Positions 37,101-55,100 of a stretch of DNA of 64,000 nucleotides are shown piece by piece. Position numbers and translations under genes: made by a program. The notes under the pieces were generated by a model that saw only the letters and a program-made list of their open reading frames with translations, did not search any database and had not been told where the DNA came from. Position 1 is the first letter of the stretch. Every line of letters starts with the position of its first letter. This DNA comes from Nemertoderma westbladi (Eukaryota; Animalia; Xenacoelomorpha): NCBI GenBank assembly GCA_032718475.1, contig JAUCBJ010003506.1:1-64000 (forward strand), read 5' to 3'.

Positions 37101-40100
37101 TATCTCACACTACCATTATTATTGTCTCACACTACCATTATTATTGCTCACACTACAATTGTTATTGTCTCACATTACCATTATTATTGTATCACACTAC
37201 AGTTATTATTGTTGTCTCGCAAAACCATCATTATTGCCCACAGTACAATTATTATTGTCTCACACTACCAAAATAATTTTGTCACACTACAGTAATTATT
37301 GTTGTCTCGCACTGCCATTATTATTATCTCACACTACCATTATTATTGTCCCACACTACCATTATTATTGCTCACACTACAATTATTATTGTCTCACACT
37401 ACCATTATAATTGTATCACACTACCATTATTATTATCTCACACTACCATTATTATTGTCTCACACTACCATTATAATTGTCTCGCACTACCATTATTATT
37501 GTCTCACACTACCATTATTTATTGTCTCACACTACCATTATTATTGTCTCACACTACCATTATAATTGTCTCGCACTACCATTATTATTGTCTCACACTA
37601 CCATTATTTATTGTCTCACACTACCATTATTATTATCTCACACTACCATTATTATTGTCTCACACTACAATTATTATTGTATCACACTACCATTATTATT
37701 ATCTCACACTACCATTATTATTGTCTCGCACTACCATTATTATTGCTCACAGTACAATTATTATTGTCTCACACTACCATTATTTATTGTTTCACACTAC
37801 CATTATTATTATCTCACACTACCATTATTATTGTCCCACACAACCATTATTATTGCTCACACTACAATTATTATTGTATCACACTACCATTATTATTGTC
37901 TCACACTATTATTATATTTGTATCACACTACAGTAATTATTGTTGTCTGGCACTGCCATTAGTATTGTCTCACACTACCATTATTATCGTCTCACACTAC
38001 CATTATTATCGTCTCACACTACCATTATAATTGTATCACTCTACCATTATTATTGTCTCACACTATCATTATAATTGTATCACACTACAGTAATTATTGT
38101 TGTATCACACAACCATTATAATTGTATCACACTACAGTAATTATTGTTGTCTCACACTACCATTATAATTGTATCACACTACAGTATTTATTGTTGTCTC
38201 GCACTAACATTACTATTGTCTCACACTACCATGATTATTGTCTCACACTACCATTATAATTGTATCACACAACCATTATAATTGTATCACACAACCATTA
38301 TAATTGTATCACACTACAGTAATTATTGTTGTCTCACACTACCATTATAATTGTATCACACAACCATTATAATTGTCTCACACTACCATTATTATTGTCT
38401 CACACTACCATTATAATTGTATCACACTACCATTATTATTGTCTCACACTACCATTATAATTGTATCACTCTACAGTATTTATTGTTGTCTCGCACTAAC
38501 ATTACTATTGTCTCACACTACCATGATTATTGTCTCACACTACCATTATAATTGTATCACACAACCATTATAATTGTATCACACAACCATTATAATTGTA
38601 TCACACTACAGTTATTATTGTCTCACACTACCATTATTATTGTCTCACACTACCATTATAATTGTATCACACTACAGTATTTATTGTTGTCTCGCACTAA
38701 CATTACTATTGTCTCACACTACCATGATTATTGTCTCACACTACCATTATAATTGTATCACACAACCATTATAATTGTATCACACAACCATTATAATTAT
38801 ATCACACTACAGTAATTATTGTTGTCTCACACTACCATTATAATTGTATCACACTACAGTATTTATTGTTGTCTCCCACTAACATTACTATTGTCTCACA
38901 CTACCATTATAATTGTATCACACAACCATTATAATTGTATCACACAACCATTATAATTGTATCACACTACCATTATTATTGTCTCACACTACAATTATTA
39001 TTGTCTCACACTACCATTTGTATTGTCTCACACTATCATTATAATTGTATCACACTACAGTAATTATTGTTGTCTCGCACTACCATTAGTATTGTCTCAC
39101 ACTACCATGATTATTGTCTCACACTACCATTATAATGGTATCACACTACAGTAATTATTGTTGTCTCACACTACCATTATTTATTGTCTCACACTACCAT
39201 TATTATTATCTCACACTACAATTATTATTGCTCACACTACAATTATTATTGTCTCACATTACCATTATTATTGTCTCACACTACAATTATTATTGTCTCA
39301 CACTACCATTATAATTGTATCACACTACAGTAATTATTGTTGTCTCACACTATCATTATTTATTGTCTCACACTACCATTATTATTATCTCACACTACCA
39401 TTATTATTGCTCACACTACAATTATTATTGTCTCACATTACCATTATTATTGTCTCACACTACAATTATTACTGTCTCACACTACCATTATAATTGTATC
39501 ACACTACTGTAATTATTGTTGTCTCGCACTGCCATTATTATTATCTCACACTACCATTATTATTGTCTCACACTACAATTATTATTGTCTCACACTACCA
39601 TTATAATTGTATCACACTACAGTAATTATTGTTGTCTCACACTATCATTATTTATTGTCTCACACTACCATTATTATTATCTCACACTACTATTATTATT
39701 GCTCACACTACAATTATTATTGTCTCACATTACCATTATTATTGTCTCACACTACAATTATTACTGTCTCACACTACCATTATAATTGTATCACACTACT
39801 GTAATTATTGTTGTCTCGCACTGCCATTATTATTATCTCACACTACCATTATTATTGTCTCACACTACAATTATTATTGTCTCACACTACCATTATAATT
39901 GTATCACACTACAGTAATTATTATTGTCTCACACTACCATTATTATTATCTCACACTACCATTATTATTGTCTCACACTACCATTATTATTGTATCACAC
40001 AACCATTATAATTGTATCACACAACCATTATAATTGTATCACACTACAGTAATTATTGTTGTCTCACACTACCATTATAATTGTATCACACAACCATTAT

Positions 40101-43100
40101 AATTGTATCACACAACCATTATAATTGTATCACACTACAGTAATTATTGTTGTCTCACACTACCATTATAATTGTATCACACTACAGTATTTATTGTTGT
40201 CTCGCACTAACATTACTATTGTCTCACACTACCATGATTATTGTCTCACACTACCATTATAATTGTATCACACAACCATTATAATTGTATCACACAACCA
40301 TTATAATTGTATCACACTACAGTAATTATTGTTGTCTCACACTACCATTATAATTGTATCACACAACCATTATAATTGTCTCACACTACCATTATTATTG
40401 TCTCACACTACCATTATAATTGTATCACACTACCATTATTATTGTCTCACACTACCATTATAATTGTATCACTCTACAGTATTTATTGTTGTCTCGCACT
40501 AACATTACTATTGTCTCACACTACCATGATTATTGTCTCACACCACCATTATAATTGTATCACACAACCATTATAATTGTATCACACAACCATTATAATT
40601 GTATCACAGTACAGTAATTATTGTTGTCTCACACTACCATTATAATTGTATCACACTACAGTATTTATTGTTGTCTCGCACTAACATTACTATTGTCTCA
40701 CACTACCATGATTATTGTCTCACACTACCATTATAATTGTATCACACAACCATTATAATTGTATCACACAACCATTATAATTGTATCACACTACAGTTAT
40801 TATTGTCTCACACTACCATTATTATTGTCTCACACTACCATTATTATTGTCTCACACTACCATTATTATTGCTCACACTACAATTATTATTGTCTCACAC
40901 TACCATTATAATTGTATCACACTACAGTTATTATTGTTGTCTCGCAAAACCATCATTATTGCCCACAGTACAATTATTATTGTCTCACACTACCAAAATA
41001 ATTGTGTCACACTACAGTAATTATTGTTGTCTCGCACTGCCATTATTATTATCTCATACTACCATTATTATTGTCTCACACTACCATTATTATTGTCTCA
41101 CACTACAATTATTATTGTCTCACACTACCATTATAATTGTATCACACTACCATTATTATTATCTCACACTACCATTATTATTGTCTCACACTACCATTAT
41201 AATTGTCTCGCACTACCATTATTGTTGTCTCACACTACCATTATGTATTGTCTCACACTACCATTATTATTGTCTCACACTACCATTATAATTGTCTTAC
41301 ACTACCATTATTATTGTCTCACATTACCATTATTATTGTCTCACACTACCATTATAATTGTATAACACAACCATTATAATTGTATCACACAACCATTATA
41401 ATTGTATCACACTACAGTTATTATTGTCTCACACTACCATTATTATTGTCTCACACTACCCTTATAATTGTATCACACTACAGTATTTATTGCTGTCTCG
41501 CACTAACATTACTATTGTCTCACACTACCATGATTATTGTCTCACACTACCATTATAATTGTATCACACAACCATTATAATTGTATCACACAACCGTTAT
41601 AATTGTATGACACTACAGTAATTATTGTTGTCTCACACTACCATTATAATTGTATCACACTACAGTATTTATTGTTGTCTCGCACTAACATTACTATTGT
41701 TTCACACTACCATTATAATTGTATCACACAACCATTATAATTGTATCACACAACCATTATAATTGTATCACACTACCATTATTATTGTCTCACACTACAA
41801 TTATTATTGTCCCACACTACCATTTGTATTGTCTCACACTATCATTATAATTGTATCACACTACAGTATTTATTGTTGTCTCGCACTAACATTACTATTG
41901 TCTCACACTACCATTATTATTGTCTCACACTACAATTATTATTGTCCCACACTACCATTTGTATTGTCTCACACTATCATTATAATTGTATCACACTACA
42001 GTATTTATTGTTGTCTCGCACTAACATTACTATTGTCTCACACTACCATGATTATTGTCTCACACTACCATTATAATTGTATCACACAACCATTATAATT
42101 GTATTACACAACCATTATAATTGTATCACACTACAGTAATTTTTGTTGTCTCACACTACCATTATAATTGTATCACACTACAGTATTTATTGTTGTCTCG
42201 CACTAACATTACTATTGTCTCACACTACCATGATTATTGTCTCACACTACCATTATAATTGTATCACACAACCATTATAATTGTATCACACAACCATTAT
42301 AATTGTATCACACTACAGTAATTATTGTTGTCTCACACTACCATTATAATTGTATCACACAACCATTATAATTGTCTCACACTACCATTATTATTGTCTC
42401 ACACTACCATTATAATTGTATCACACTACCATTATTATTGTCTCACACTACCATTATAATTGTATCACTCTACAGTATTTATTGTTGTCTCGCACTAACA
42501 TTACTATTGTCTCACACTACCATGATTATTGTCTCACACCACCATTATAATTGTATCACACAACCATTATAATTGTATCACACAACCATTATAATTGTAT
42601 CACAGTACAGTAATTATTGTTGTCTCACACTACCATTATAATTGTATCACACTACAGTATTTATTGTTGTCTCGCACTAACATTACTATTGTCTCACACT
42701 ACCATGATTATTGTCTCACACTACCATTATAATTGTATCACACAACCATTATAATTGTATCACACAACCATTATAATTGTATCACACTACAGTTATTATT
42801 GTCTCACACTACCATTATTATTGTCTCACACTACCATTATTATTGTCTCACACTACCATTATTATTGCTCACACTACAATTATTATTGTCTCACACTACC
42901 ATTATAATTGTATCACACTACAGTTATTATTGTTGTCTCGCAAAACCATCATTATTGCCCACAGTACAATTATTATTGTCTCACACTACCAAAATAATTG
43001 TGTCACACTACAGTAATTATTGTTGTCTCGCACTGCCATTATTATTATCTCATACTACCATTATTATTGTCTCACACTACCATTATTATTGTCTCACACT

Positions 43101-46100
43101 ACAATTATTATTGTCTCACACTACCATTATAATTGTATCACACTACCATTATTATTATCTCACACTACCATTATTATTGTCTCACACTACCATTATAATT
43201 GTCTCGCACTACCATTATTGTTGTCTCACACTACCATTATGTATTGTCTCACACTACCATTATTATTGTCTCACACTACCATTATAATTGTCTTACACTA
43301 CCATTATTATTGTCTCACATTACCATTATTATTGTCTCACACTACCATTATAATTGTATAACACAACCATTATAATTGTATCACACAACCATTATAATTG
43401 TATCACACTACAGTTATTATTGTCTCACACTACCATTATTATTGTCTCACACTACCCTTATAATTGTATCACACTACAGTATTTATTGCTGTCTCGCACT
43501 AACATTACTATTGTCTCACACTACCATGATTATTGTCTCACACTACCATTATAATTGTATCACACAACCATTATAATTGTATCACACAACCGTTATAATT
43601 GTATGACACTACAGTAATTATTGTTGTCTCACACTACCATTATAATTGTATCACACTACAGTATTTATTGTTGTCTCGCACTAACATTACTATTGTTTCA
43701 CACTACCATTATAATTGTATCACACAACCATTATAATTGTATCACACAACCATTATAATTGTATCACACTACCATTATTATTGTCTCACACTACAATTAT
43801 TATTGTCCCACACTACCATTTGTATTGTCTCACACTATCATTATAATTGTATCACACTACAGTATTTATTGTTGTCTCGCACTAACATTACTATTGTCTC
43901 ACACTACCATTATTATTGTCTCACACTACAATTATTATTGTCCCACACTACCATTTGTATTGTCTCACACTATCATTATAATTGTATCACACTACAGTAT
44001 TTATTGTTGTCTCGCACTAACATTACTATTGTCTCACACTACCATGATTATTGTCTCACACTACCATTATAATTGTATCACACAACCATTATAATTGTAT
44101 TACACAACCATTATAATTGTATCACACTACAGTAATTTTTGTTGTCTCACACTACCATTATAATTGTATCACACTACAGTATTTATTGTTGTCTCGCACT
44201 AACATTACTATTGTCTCACACTACCATGATTATTGTCTCACACTACCATTATAATTGTATCACACAACCATTATAATTGTATCACACAACCATTATAATT
44301 GTATCACACTACAGTAATTATTGTTGTCTCACACTACCATTATAATTGTATCACACAACCATTATAATTGTCTCACACTACCATTATTATTGTCTCACAC
44401 TACCATTATAATTGTATCACACTACCATTATTATTGTCTCACACTACCATTATAATTGTATCACTCTACAGTATTTATTGTTGTCTCGCACTAACATTAC
44501 TATTGTCTCACACTACCATGATTATTGTCTCACACCACCATTATAATTGTATCACACAACCATTATAATTGTATCACACAACCATTATAATTGTATCACA
44601 GTACAGTAATTATTGTTGTCTCACACTACCATTATAATTGTATCACACTACAGTATTTATTGTTGTCTCGCACTAACATTACTATTGTCTCACACTACCA
44701 TGATTATTGTCTCACACTACCATTATAATTGTATCACACAACCATTATAATTGTATCACACAACCATTATAATTGTATCACACTACAGTTATTATTGTCT
44801 CACACTACCATTATTATTGTCTCACACTACCATTATTATTGTCTCACACTACCATTATTATTGCTCACACTACAATTATTATTGTCTCACACTACCATTA
44901 TAATTGTATCACACTACAGTTATTATTGTTGTCTCGCAAAACCATCATTATTGCCCACAGTACAATTATTATTGTCTCACACTACCAAAATAATTGTGTC
45001 ACACTACAGTAATTATTGTTGTCTCGCACTGCCATTATTATTATCTCATACTACCATTATTATTGTCTCACACTACCATTATTATTGTCTCACACTACAA
45101 TTATTATTGTCTCACACTACCATTATAATTGTATCACACTACCATTATTATTATCTCACACTACCATTATTATTGTCTCACACTACCATTATAATTGTCT
45201 CGCACTACCATTATTGTTGTCTCACACTACCATTATGTATTGTCTCACACTACCATTATTATTGTCTCACACTACCATTATAATTGTCTTACACTACCAT
45301 TATTATTGTCTCACATTACCATTATTATTGTCTCACACTACCATTATAATTGTATAACACAACCATTATAATTGTATCACACAACCATTATAATTGTATC
45401 ACACTACAGTTATTATTGTCTCACACTACCATTATTATTGTCTCACACTACCCTTATAATTGTATCACACTACAGTATTTATTGCTGTCTCGCACTAACA
45501 TTACTATTGTCTCACACTACCATGATTATTGTCTCACACTACCATTATAATTGTATCACACAACCATTATAATTGTATCACACAACCGTTATAATTGTAT
45601 GACACTACAGTAATTATTGTTGTCTCACACTACCATTATAATTGTATCACACTACAGTATTTATTGTTGTCTCGCACTAACATTACTATTGTTTCACACT
45701 ACCATTATAATTGTATCACACAACCATTATAATTGTATCACACAACCATTATAATTGTATCACACTACCATTATTATTGTCTCACACTACAATTATTATT
45801 GTCCCACACTACCATTTGTATTGTCTCACACTATCATTATAATTGTATCACACTACAGTATTTATTGTTGTCTCGCACTAACATTACTATTGTCTCACAC
45901 TACCATTATTATTGTCTCACACTACAATTATTATTGTCCCACACTACCATTTGTATTGTCTCACACTATCATTATAATTGTATCACACTACAGTATTTAT
46001 TGTTGTCTCGCACTAACATTACTATTGTCTCACACTACCATGATTATTGTCTCACACTACCATTATAATTGTATCACACAACCATTATAATTGTATCACA

Positions 46101-49100
46101 CAACCATTATAATTGTATCACACTACAGTAATTATTGTTGTCTCACAATACCATTATAATTGTATCACACTACTGTATTTATTGTTGTCTCGCACTAACA
46201 TTACTATTGTCTCACACTACCATTATAATTGTATCACACAACCATTATAATTGTATCACACAACCATTATAATTGTCTCACACTACCATTATTATTGTCT
46301 CACACTACCATTATAATTGTATCACACTACCATTATTATTGTCTCACACTACCATTATAATTGTATCACACTACAGTATTTATTGTTGTCTCGCACTAAC
46401 ATTACTATTGTCTCACACTACCGTGATTATTGTCTCACACTACCATTATAATTGTATCACACAACCTTTATAATTGTATCACACAACCATTATAATTGTA
46501 TCACACTACAGTAATTATTGTTGTCTCACACTACCATTATAATTGTATCACACTACAGTATTTATTGTTGTCTCACACTAACATTACTATTGTCTCACAC
46601 TACCATGATTATTGTCTCACACTACCATTATAATTGTATCACACAACCATTATAATTGTATCACACAACCATTATAATTGTATCACACTACAGTATTTAT
46701 TGTTGTCTCGCACTAACATTACTATTGTCTCACACTACCATGATTATTGTTTCACACTACCATTATAATTGTATCACACAACCATTATAATTGTATCACA
46801 CAACCATTATAATTGTATCACACTACAGTAATTATTGTTGTCTCACACTACCATTATAATTGTATCACACTACAGTATTTATTGTTGTCTCGCACTAACA
46901 TTACTATTGTCTCACACTACCATTATAATTGTATCACACAACCATTATAATTGTATCACACAACCATTATAATTGTATCACACTACCATTATTATTGTCT
47001 CACACTACAATTATTATTGTCCCACACTACCATTTGTATTGTCTCACACTATCATTATAATTGTATCACACTACAGTAATTATTGTTGTCTCGCACTACC
47101 ATAAGTATTGTCTCACACTACCATGATTATTGTCTCACACTACCATTATAATGGTATCACATTACAGTAATTATTGTTGTCTCACACTACCATTATTTAT
47201 TGTCTCACACTACCATTATTATTATCTCACACTGCCATTATTATTGCTCACACTACAATTATTATTGTCTCACATTACCATTATTATTGTCTCACACTAC
47301 AATTATTATTGTCTCACACTACCATTATAATTGTATCACACTACAGTAATTATTGTTGTCTCACACTACCATTATTTATTGTCTCACACTACCATTATTA
47401 TTATCTCACACTACCATTATTATTGCTCACACTACAATTATTATTGTCTCACATTACCATTATTATTGTCTCACACTACAATTATTACTGTCTCACACTA
47501 CCATTATAATTGTATCACACTGCTGTAATTATTGTTGTCTCGCACTGCCATTATTATTATCTCACACTACCATTATTATTGTCTCACACTACAATTATTA
47601 TTGTCTCACATTACCATTATAATTGTATCACACTACAGTAATTATTATTGTCTCACACTACCATTATTATTATCTCACACTACCATTATTATTGTCTCAC
47701 ACTACCATTATTATTGTCTCACACGACCATTATTATTGCTCACACTACAATTATTATTGTCTCACCCTACCATTATTATTGTCTCACACTACCATTATTA
47801 TTGCTCACACTACAATTATTATTGTCTCACACTACCATTATAATTGTATCACACTACAGTTATTATTGTTGTCTCGCAAAACCATCATTATTGCCCACAG
47901 TACAATTATTATTGTCTCACACTACCAAAATAATTGTGTCACACTACAGTAATTATTGTTGTCTCGCACTGCCATTATTATTATCTCACACTACCATTAT
48001 TATTGTCTCACACTACCATTATTATTGCTCACACTGCAATTGTTATTGTCTCACATTACCATTATTATTGTATCACACTACAGTTATTATTGTTGTCTCG
48101 CAAAACCATCATTATTGCCCACAGTACAATTATTATTGTCTCACACTACCAAAATAATTGTGTCACACTACAGTAATTATTGTTGTCTCGCACTGCCATT
48201 ATTATTATCTCATACTACCATTATTATTGTCTCACACTACCATTATTATTGTCTCACACTACAATTATTATTGTCTCACACTACCATTATAATTGTATCA
48301 CACTACCATTATTATTATCTCACACTACCATTATTATTGTCTCACACTACCATTATAATTGTCTCGCACTACCATTATTGTTGTCTCACACTACCATTAT
48401 GTATTGTCTCACACTACCATTATTATTGTCTCACACTACCATTATAATTGTCTTACACTACCATTATTATTGTCTCACATTACCATTATTATTGTCTCAC
48501 ACTACCATTATAATTGTATAACACAACCATTATAATTGTATCACACAACCATTATAATTGTATCACACTACAGTTATTATTGTCTCACACTACCATTATT
48601 ATTGTCTCACACTACCCTTATAATTGTATCACACTACAGTATTTATTGTTGTCTCGCACTAACATTACTATTGTCTCACACTACCATGATTATTGTCTCA
48701 CACTACCATTATAATTGTATCACACAACCATTATAATTGTATCACATTACCATTATTATTGTCTCACACTACCATTATTATTGTCTCACACTACCATTAT
48801 AATTGTATCACACTACCATTATTATTGTCTCACACTACCATTATAATTGTATCACACTACAGTATTTATTGTTGTCTCGCACTAACATTACTATTGTCTC
48901 ACACTACCATGATTATTGTCTCACACTACCATTATAATTGTATCACACAACCTTTATAATTGTATTACACAACCATTATAATTGTATCACACTACAGTAA
49001 TTATTGTTGTCTCACACTACCATTATAATTGTATCACACTACAGTATTTATTGTTGTCTCGCACTAACATTACTATTGTCTCACACTACCATGATTATTG

Positions 49101-52100
49101 TCTCACACTACCATTATAATTGTATCACACAACCATTATAATTGTATCACACAACCATTATAATTGTATCACACTACATTTATTATTGTCTCAAACTACC
49201 ATTATTATTGTCTCACACTACCATTATAATTGTATCACACTACAGTATTTATTGCTGTCTCGCACTAACATTACTATTGTCTCACACTACCATGATTATT
49301 GTCTCACACTACCATTATAATTGTATCACACAACCATTATAATTGTATCACACAACCATTATAATTGTATCACACTACAGTAATTATTGTTGTCTCACAC
49401 TACCATTATAATTGTATCACACTACAGTATTTATTGTTGTCTCGCACTAACATTACTATTGTTTCACACTACCATTATAATTGTATCACACAACCATTAT
49501 AATTGTATCACACAACCATTATAATTGTATCACACTACCATTATTATTGTCTCACACTACAATTATTATTGTCCCACACTACCATTTGTATTGTCTCACA
49601 CTATCATTATAATTGTATCACACTACAGTATTTATTGTTGTCTCGCACTAACATTACTATTGTCTCACACTACCATGATTATTGTCTCACACTACCATTA
49701 TAATTGTATCACACAACCATTATAATTGTATCACACAACCATTATAATTGTATCACACTACAGTAATTATTGTTGTCTCACAATACCATTATAATTGTAT
49801 CACACTACAGTATTTATTGTTGTCTCGCACTAACATTACTATTGTCTCACACTACCATTATAATTGTATCACACAACCATTATAATTGTATCACACAACC
49901 ATTATAATTGTCTCACACTACCATTATTATTGTCTCACACTACCATTATAATTGTATCACACTACCATTATTATTGTCTCACACTACCATTATAATTGTA
50001 TCACTCTACAATATTTATTGTTGTCTCGCACTAACATTACTATTGTCTCACACTACCATGATTATTGTCTCACACTACCATTATAATTGTATCACACAAC
50101 CATTATAATTGTATCACACAACCATTATAATTGTATCACACTACAGTAATTATTATTGTCTCACACTACCATTATAATTGTATCACTCTACAGTATTTAT
50201 TGTTGTCTCGCACTAACATTACTATTGTCTCACACTACCATGATTATTGTCTCACACTACCATTATAATTGTATCACACAACCATTATAATTGTATCACA
50301 CAACCATTATAATTGTATCACACTACAGTAATTATTGTTGTCTCACAATACCATTATAATTGTATCACACTACAGTATTTATTGTTGTCTCGCACTAACA
50401 TTACTATTGTCTCACACTACCATTATAATTGTATCACACAACCATTATAATTGTATCACACAACCATTATAATTGTCTCACACTACCATTATTATTGTCT
50501 CACACTACCATTATAATTGTATCACACTACCATTATTATTGTCTCACACTACCATTATAATTGTATCACTCTACAATATTTATTGTTGTCTCGCACTAAC
50601 ATTACTATTGTCTCACACTACCATGATTATTGTCTCACACTACCATTATAATTGTATCACACAACCATTATAATTGTATCACACAACCATTATAATTGTA
50701 TCACACTACAGTAATTATTGTTGTCTCACACTACCATTATAATTGTATCACACTACAGTATTTATTGTTGTCTCGCACTAACATTACTATTGTCTCACAC
50801 TACCATGATTATTGTCTCACACTACCATTATAATTGTATCACACAACCATTATAATTGTATCACACAACCATTATAATTGTATCACACTACAGTAATTAT
50901 TGTTGTCTCACACTACCATTATAATTGTATCACACAACCATTATAATTGTCTCACACTACCATTATTATTGTCTCACACTACCATTATAATTGTATCACA
51001 CTACCATTATTATTGTCTCACACTACCATTATAATTGTATCACTCTACAGTATTTATTGTTGTCTCGCACTAACATTACTATTGTCTCACACTACCATGA
51101 TTATTGTCTCACACTACCATTATAATTGTATCACACAACCATTATAATTGTATCACACAACCATTATAATTGTATCACAGTACAGTAATTATTGTTGTCT
51201 CACACTACCATTATAATTGTATCACACTACAGTATTTATTGTTGTCTCGCACTAACATTACTATTGTCTCACACTACCATGATTATTGTCTCACACTACC
51301 ATTATAATTGTATCACACAACCATTATAATTGTATCACACAACCATTATAATTGTCTCACACTACTATTATTATTGTCTCACACTACCATTATAATTGTA
51401 TCACACTACCATTATTATTGTCTCACACTACCATTATAATTGTATCACTCTACAATATTTATTGTTGTCTCGCACTAACATTACTATTGTCTCACACTAC
51501 CATGATTATTGTCTCACACTACCATTATAATTGTATCACACAACCATTATAATTGTATCACACAACCATTATAATTGTATCACACTACAGTAATTATTGT
51601 TGTCTCACACTACCATTATAATTGTATCACACTACAGTATTTATTGTTGTCTCGCACTAACATTACTATTGTCTCACACTACCATGATTATTGTCTCACA
51701 TTACCATTATAATTGTATCACACAACCATTATAATTGTATCACACAACCATTATAATTGTATCACACTACAGTAATTATTGTTGTCTCACACTACCATTA
51801 TAATTGTATCACACAACCATTATAATTGTCTCACACTACCATTATTATTGTCTCACACTACCATTATAATTGTATCACACTACCATTATTATTGTCTCAC
51901 ACTACCATTATAATTGTATCACTCTACAGTATTTATTGTTGTCTCGCACTAACATTACTATTGTCTCACACTACCATGATTATTGTCTCACACTACCATT
52001 ATAATTGTATCACACAACCATTATAATTGTATCACACAACCATTATAATTGTATCACAGTACAGTAATTATTGTTGTCTCACACTACCATTATAATTGTA

Positions 52101-55100
52101 TCACACTACAGTATTTATTGTTGTCTCGCACTAACATTACTATTGTCTCACACTACCATGATTATTGTCTCACACTACCATTATAATTGTATCACACAAC
52201 CATTATAATTGTATCACACAACCATTATAATTGTATCACACTACAGTTATTATTGTCTCACACTACCATTATTATTGTCTCACACTACCATTATTATTGC
52301 TCACACTACAATTATTATTGTCTCACACTACCATTATAATTGTATCACACTACAGTTATTATTGTTACCATTATTATTGTCTCACACTACCATTATTATT
52401 GCTCACACTACAATTATTATTGTCTCACACTACCATTATAATTGTATCACACTACAGTTATTATTGTTGTCTCGCAAAACCATCATTATTGCCCACAGTA
52501 CAATTATTATTGTCTCACACTACCAAAATAATTGTGTCACACTACAGTAATTATTGTTGTCTCGCACTGCCATTATTATTATCTCACACTACCATTATTA
52601 TTGTCTCACACTACCATTATTATTGCTCACACTACAATTGTTATTGTCTCACATTACCATTATTATTGTATCACACTACAGTTATTATTGTTGTCTCGCA
52701 AAACCATCATTATTGCCCACAGTACAATTATTATTGTCTCACACTACCAAAATAATTTTGTCACACTACAGTAATTATTGTTGTCTCGCACTGCCATTAT
52801 TATTATCTCACACTACCATTATTATTGTCCCACACTACCATTATTATTGCTCACACTACAATTATTATTGTCTCACACTACCATTATAATTGTATCACAC
52901 TACCATTATTATTATCTCACACTACCATTATTATTGTCTCACACTACCATTATAATTGTCTCGCACTACCATTATTATTGTCTCACACTACCATTATTTA
53001 TTGTCTCACACTACCATTATTATTGTCTCACACTACCATTATAATTGTCTCGCACTACCATTATTATTGTCTCACACTACCATTATTTATTGTCTCACAC
53101 TACCATTATTATTATCTCACACTACCATTATTATTGTCTCACACTACAATTATTATTGTATCACACTACCATTATTATTATCTCACACTACCATTATTAT
53201 TGTCTCGCACTACCATTATTATTGCTCACAGTACAATTATTATTGTCTCACACTACCATTATTTATTGTCTCACACTACCATTATTATTATCTCACACTA
53301 CCATTATTATTGTCCCACACAACCATTATTATTGCTCACACTACAATTATTATTGTATCACACTACCATTATTATTGTCTCACACTATTATTATATTTGT
53401 ATCACACTACAGTAATTATTGTTGTCTGGCACTGCCATTAGTATTGTCTCACACTACCATTATTATCGTCTCACACTACCATTATTATCGTCTCACACTA
53501 CCATTATAATTGTATCACTCTACCATTATTATTGTCTCACACTATCATTATAATTGTATCACACTACAGTAATTATTGTTGTATCACACAACCATTATAA
53601 TTGTATCACACTACAGTAATTATTGTTGTCTCACACTACCATTATAATTGTATCACACTACAGTATTTATTGTTGTCTCGCACTAACATTACTATTGTCT
53701 CACACTACCATGATTATTGTCTCACACTACCATTATAATTGTATCACACAACCATTATAATTGTATCACACAACCATTATAATTGTATCACACTACAGTA
53801 ATTATTGTTGTCTCACACTACCATTATAATTGTATCACACAACCATTATAATTGTCTCACACTACCATTATTATTGTCTCGCACTAACATTACTATTGTC
53901 TCACACTACCATGATTATTGTCTCACACTACCATTATAATTGTATCACACAACCATTATAATTGTATCACACAACCATTATAATTGTATCACACTACAGT
54001 AATTATTGTTGTCTCACAATACCATTATAATTGTATCACACTACTGTATTTATTGTTGTCTCGCACTAACATTACTATTGTCTCACACTACCATTATAAT
54101 TGTATCACACAACCATTATAATTGTATCACACAACCATTATAATTGTCTCACACTACCATTATTATTGTCTCACACTACCATTATAATTGTATCACACTA
54201 CCATTATTATTGTCTCACACTACCATTATAATTGTATCACACTACAGTATTTATTGTTGTCTCGCACTAACATTACTATTGTCTCACACTACCGTGATTA
54301 TTGTCTCACACTACCATTATAATTGTATCACACAACCTTTATAATTGTATCACACAACCATTATAATTGTATCACACTACAGTAATTATTGTTGTCTCAC
54401 ACTACCATTATAATTGTATCACACTACAGTATTTATTGTTGTCTCGCACTAACATTACTATTGTCTCACACTACCGTGATTATTGTCTCACACTACCATT
54501 ATAATTGTATCACACAACCTTTATAATTGTATCACACAACCATTATAATTGTATCACACTACAGTAATTATTGTTGTCTCACACTACCATTATAATTGTA
54601 TCACACTACAGTATTTATTGTTGTCTCACACTAACATTACTATTGTCTCACACTACCATGATTATTGTCTCACACTACCATTATAATTGTATCACACAAC
54701 CATTATAATTGTATCACACAACCATTATAATTGTATCACTCTACAGTATTTATTGTTGTCTCGCACTAACATTACTATTGTCTCACACTACCATGATTAT
54801 TGTCTCACACTACCATTATAATTGTATCACACAACCATTATAATTGTATCACACAACCATTATAATTGTATCACAGTACAGTAATTATTGTTGTCTCACA
54901 CTACCATTATAATTGTATCACACTACAGTATTTATTGTTGTCTCGCACTAACATTACTATTGTCTCACACTACCATGATTATTGTCTCACACTACCATTA
55001 TAATTGTATCACACAACCATTATAATTGTATCACACAACCATTATAATTGTCTCACACTACCATTATTATTGTCTCACACTACCATTATAATTGTATCAC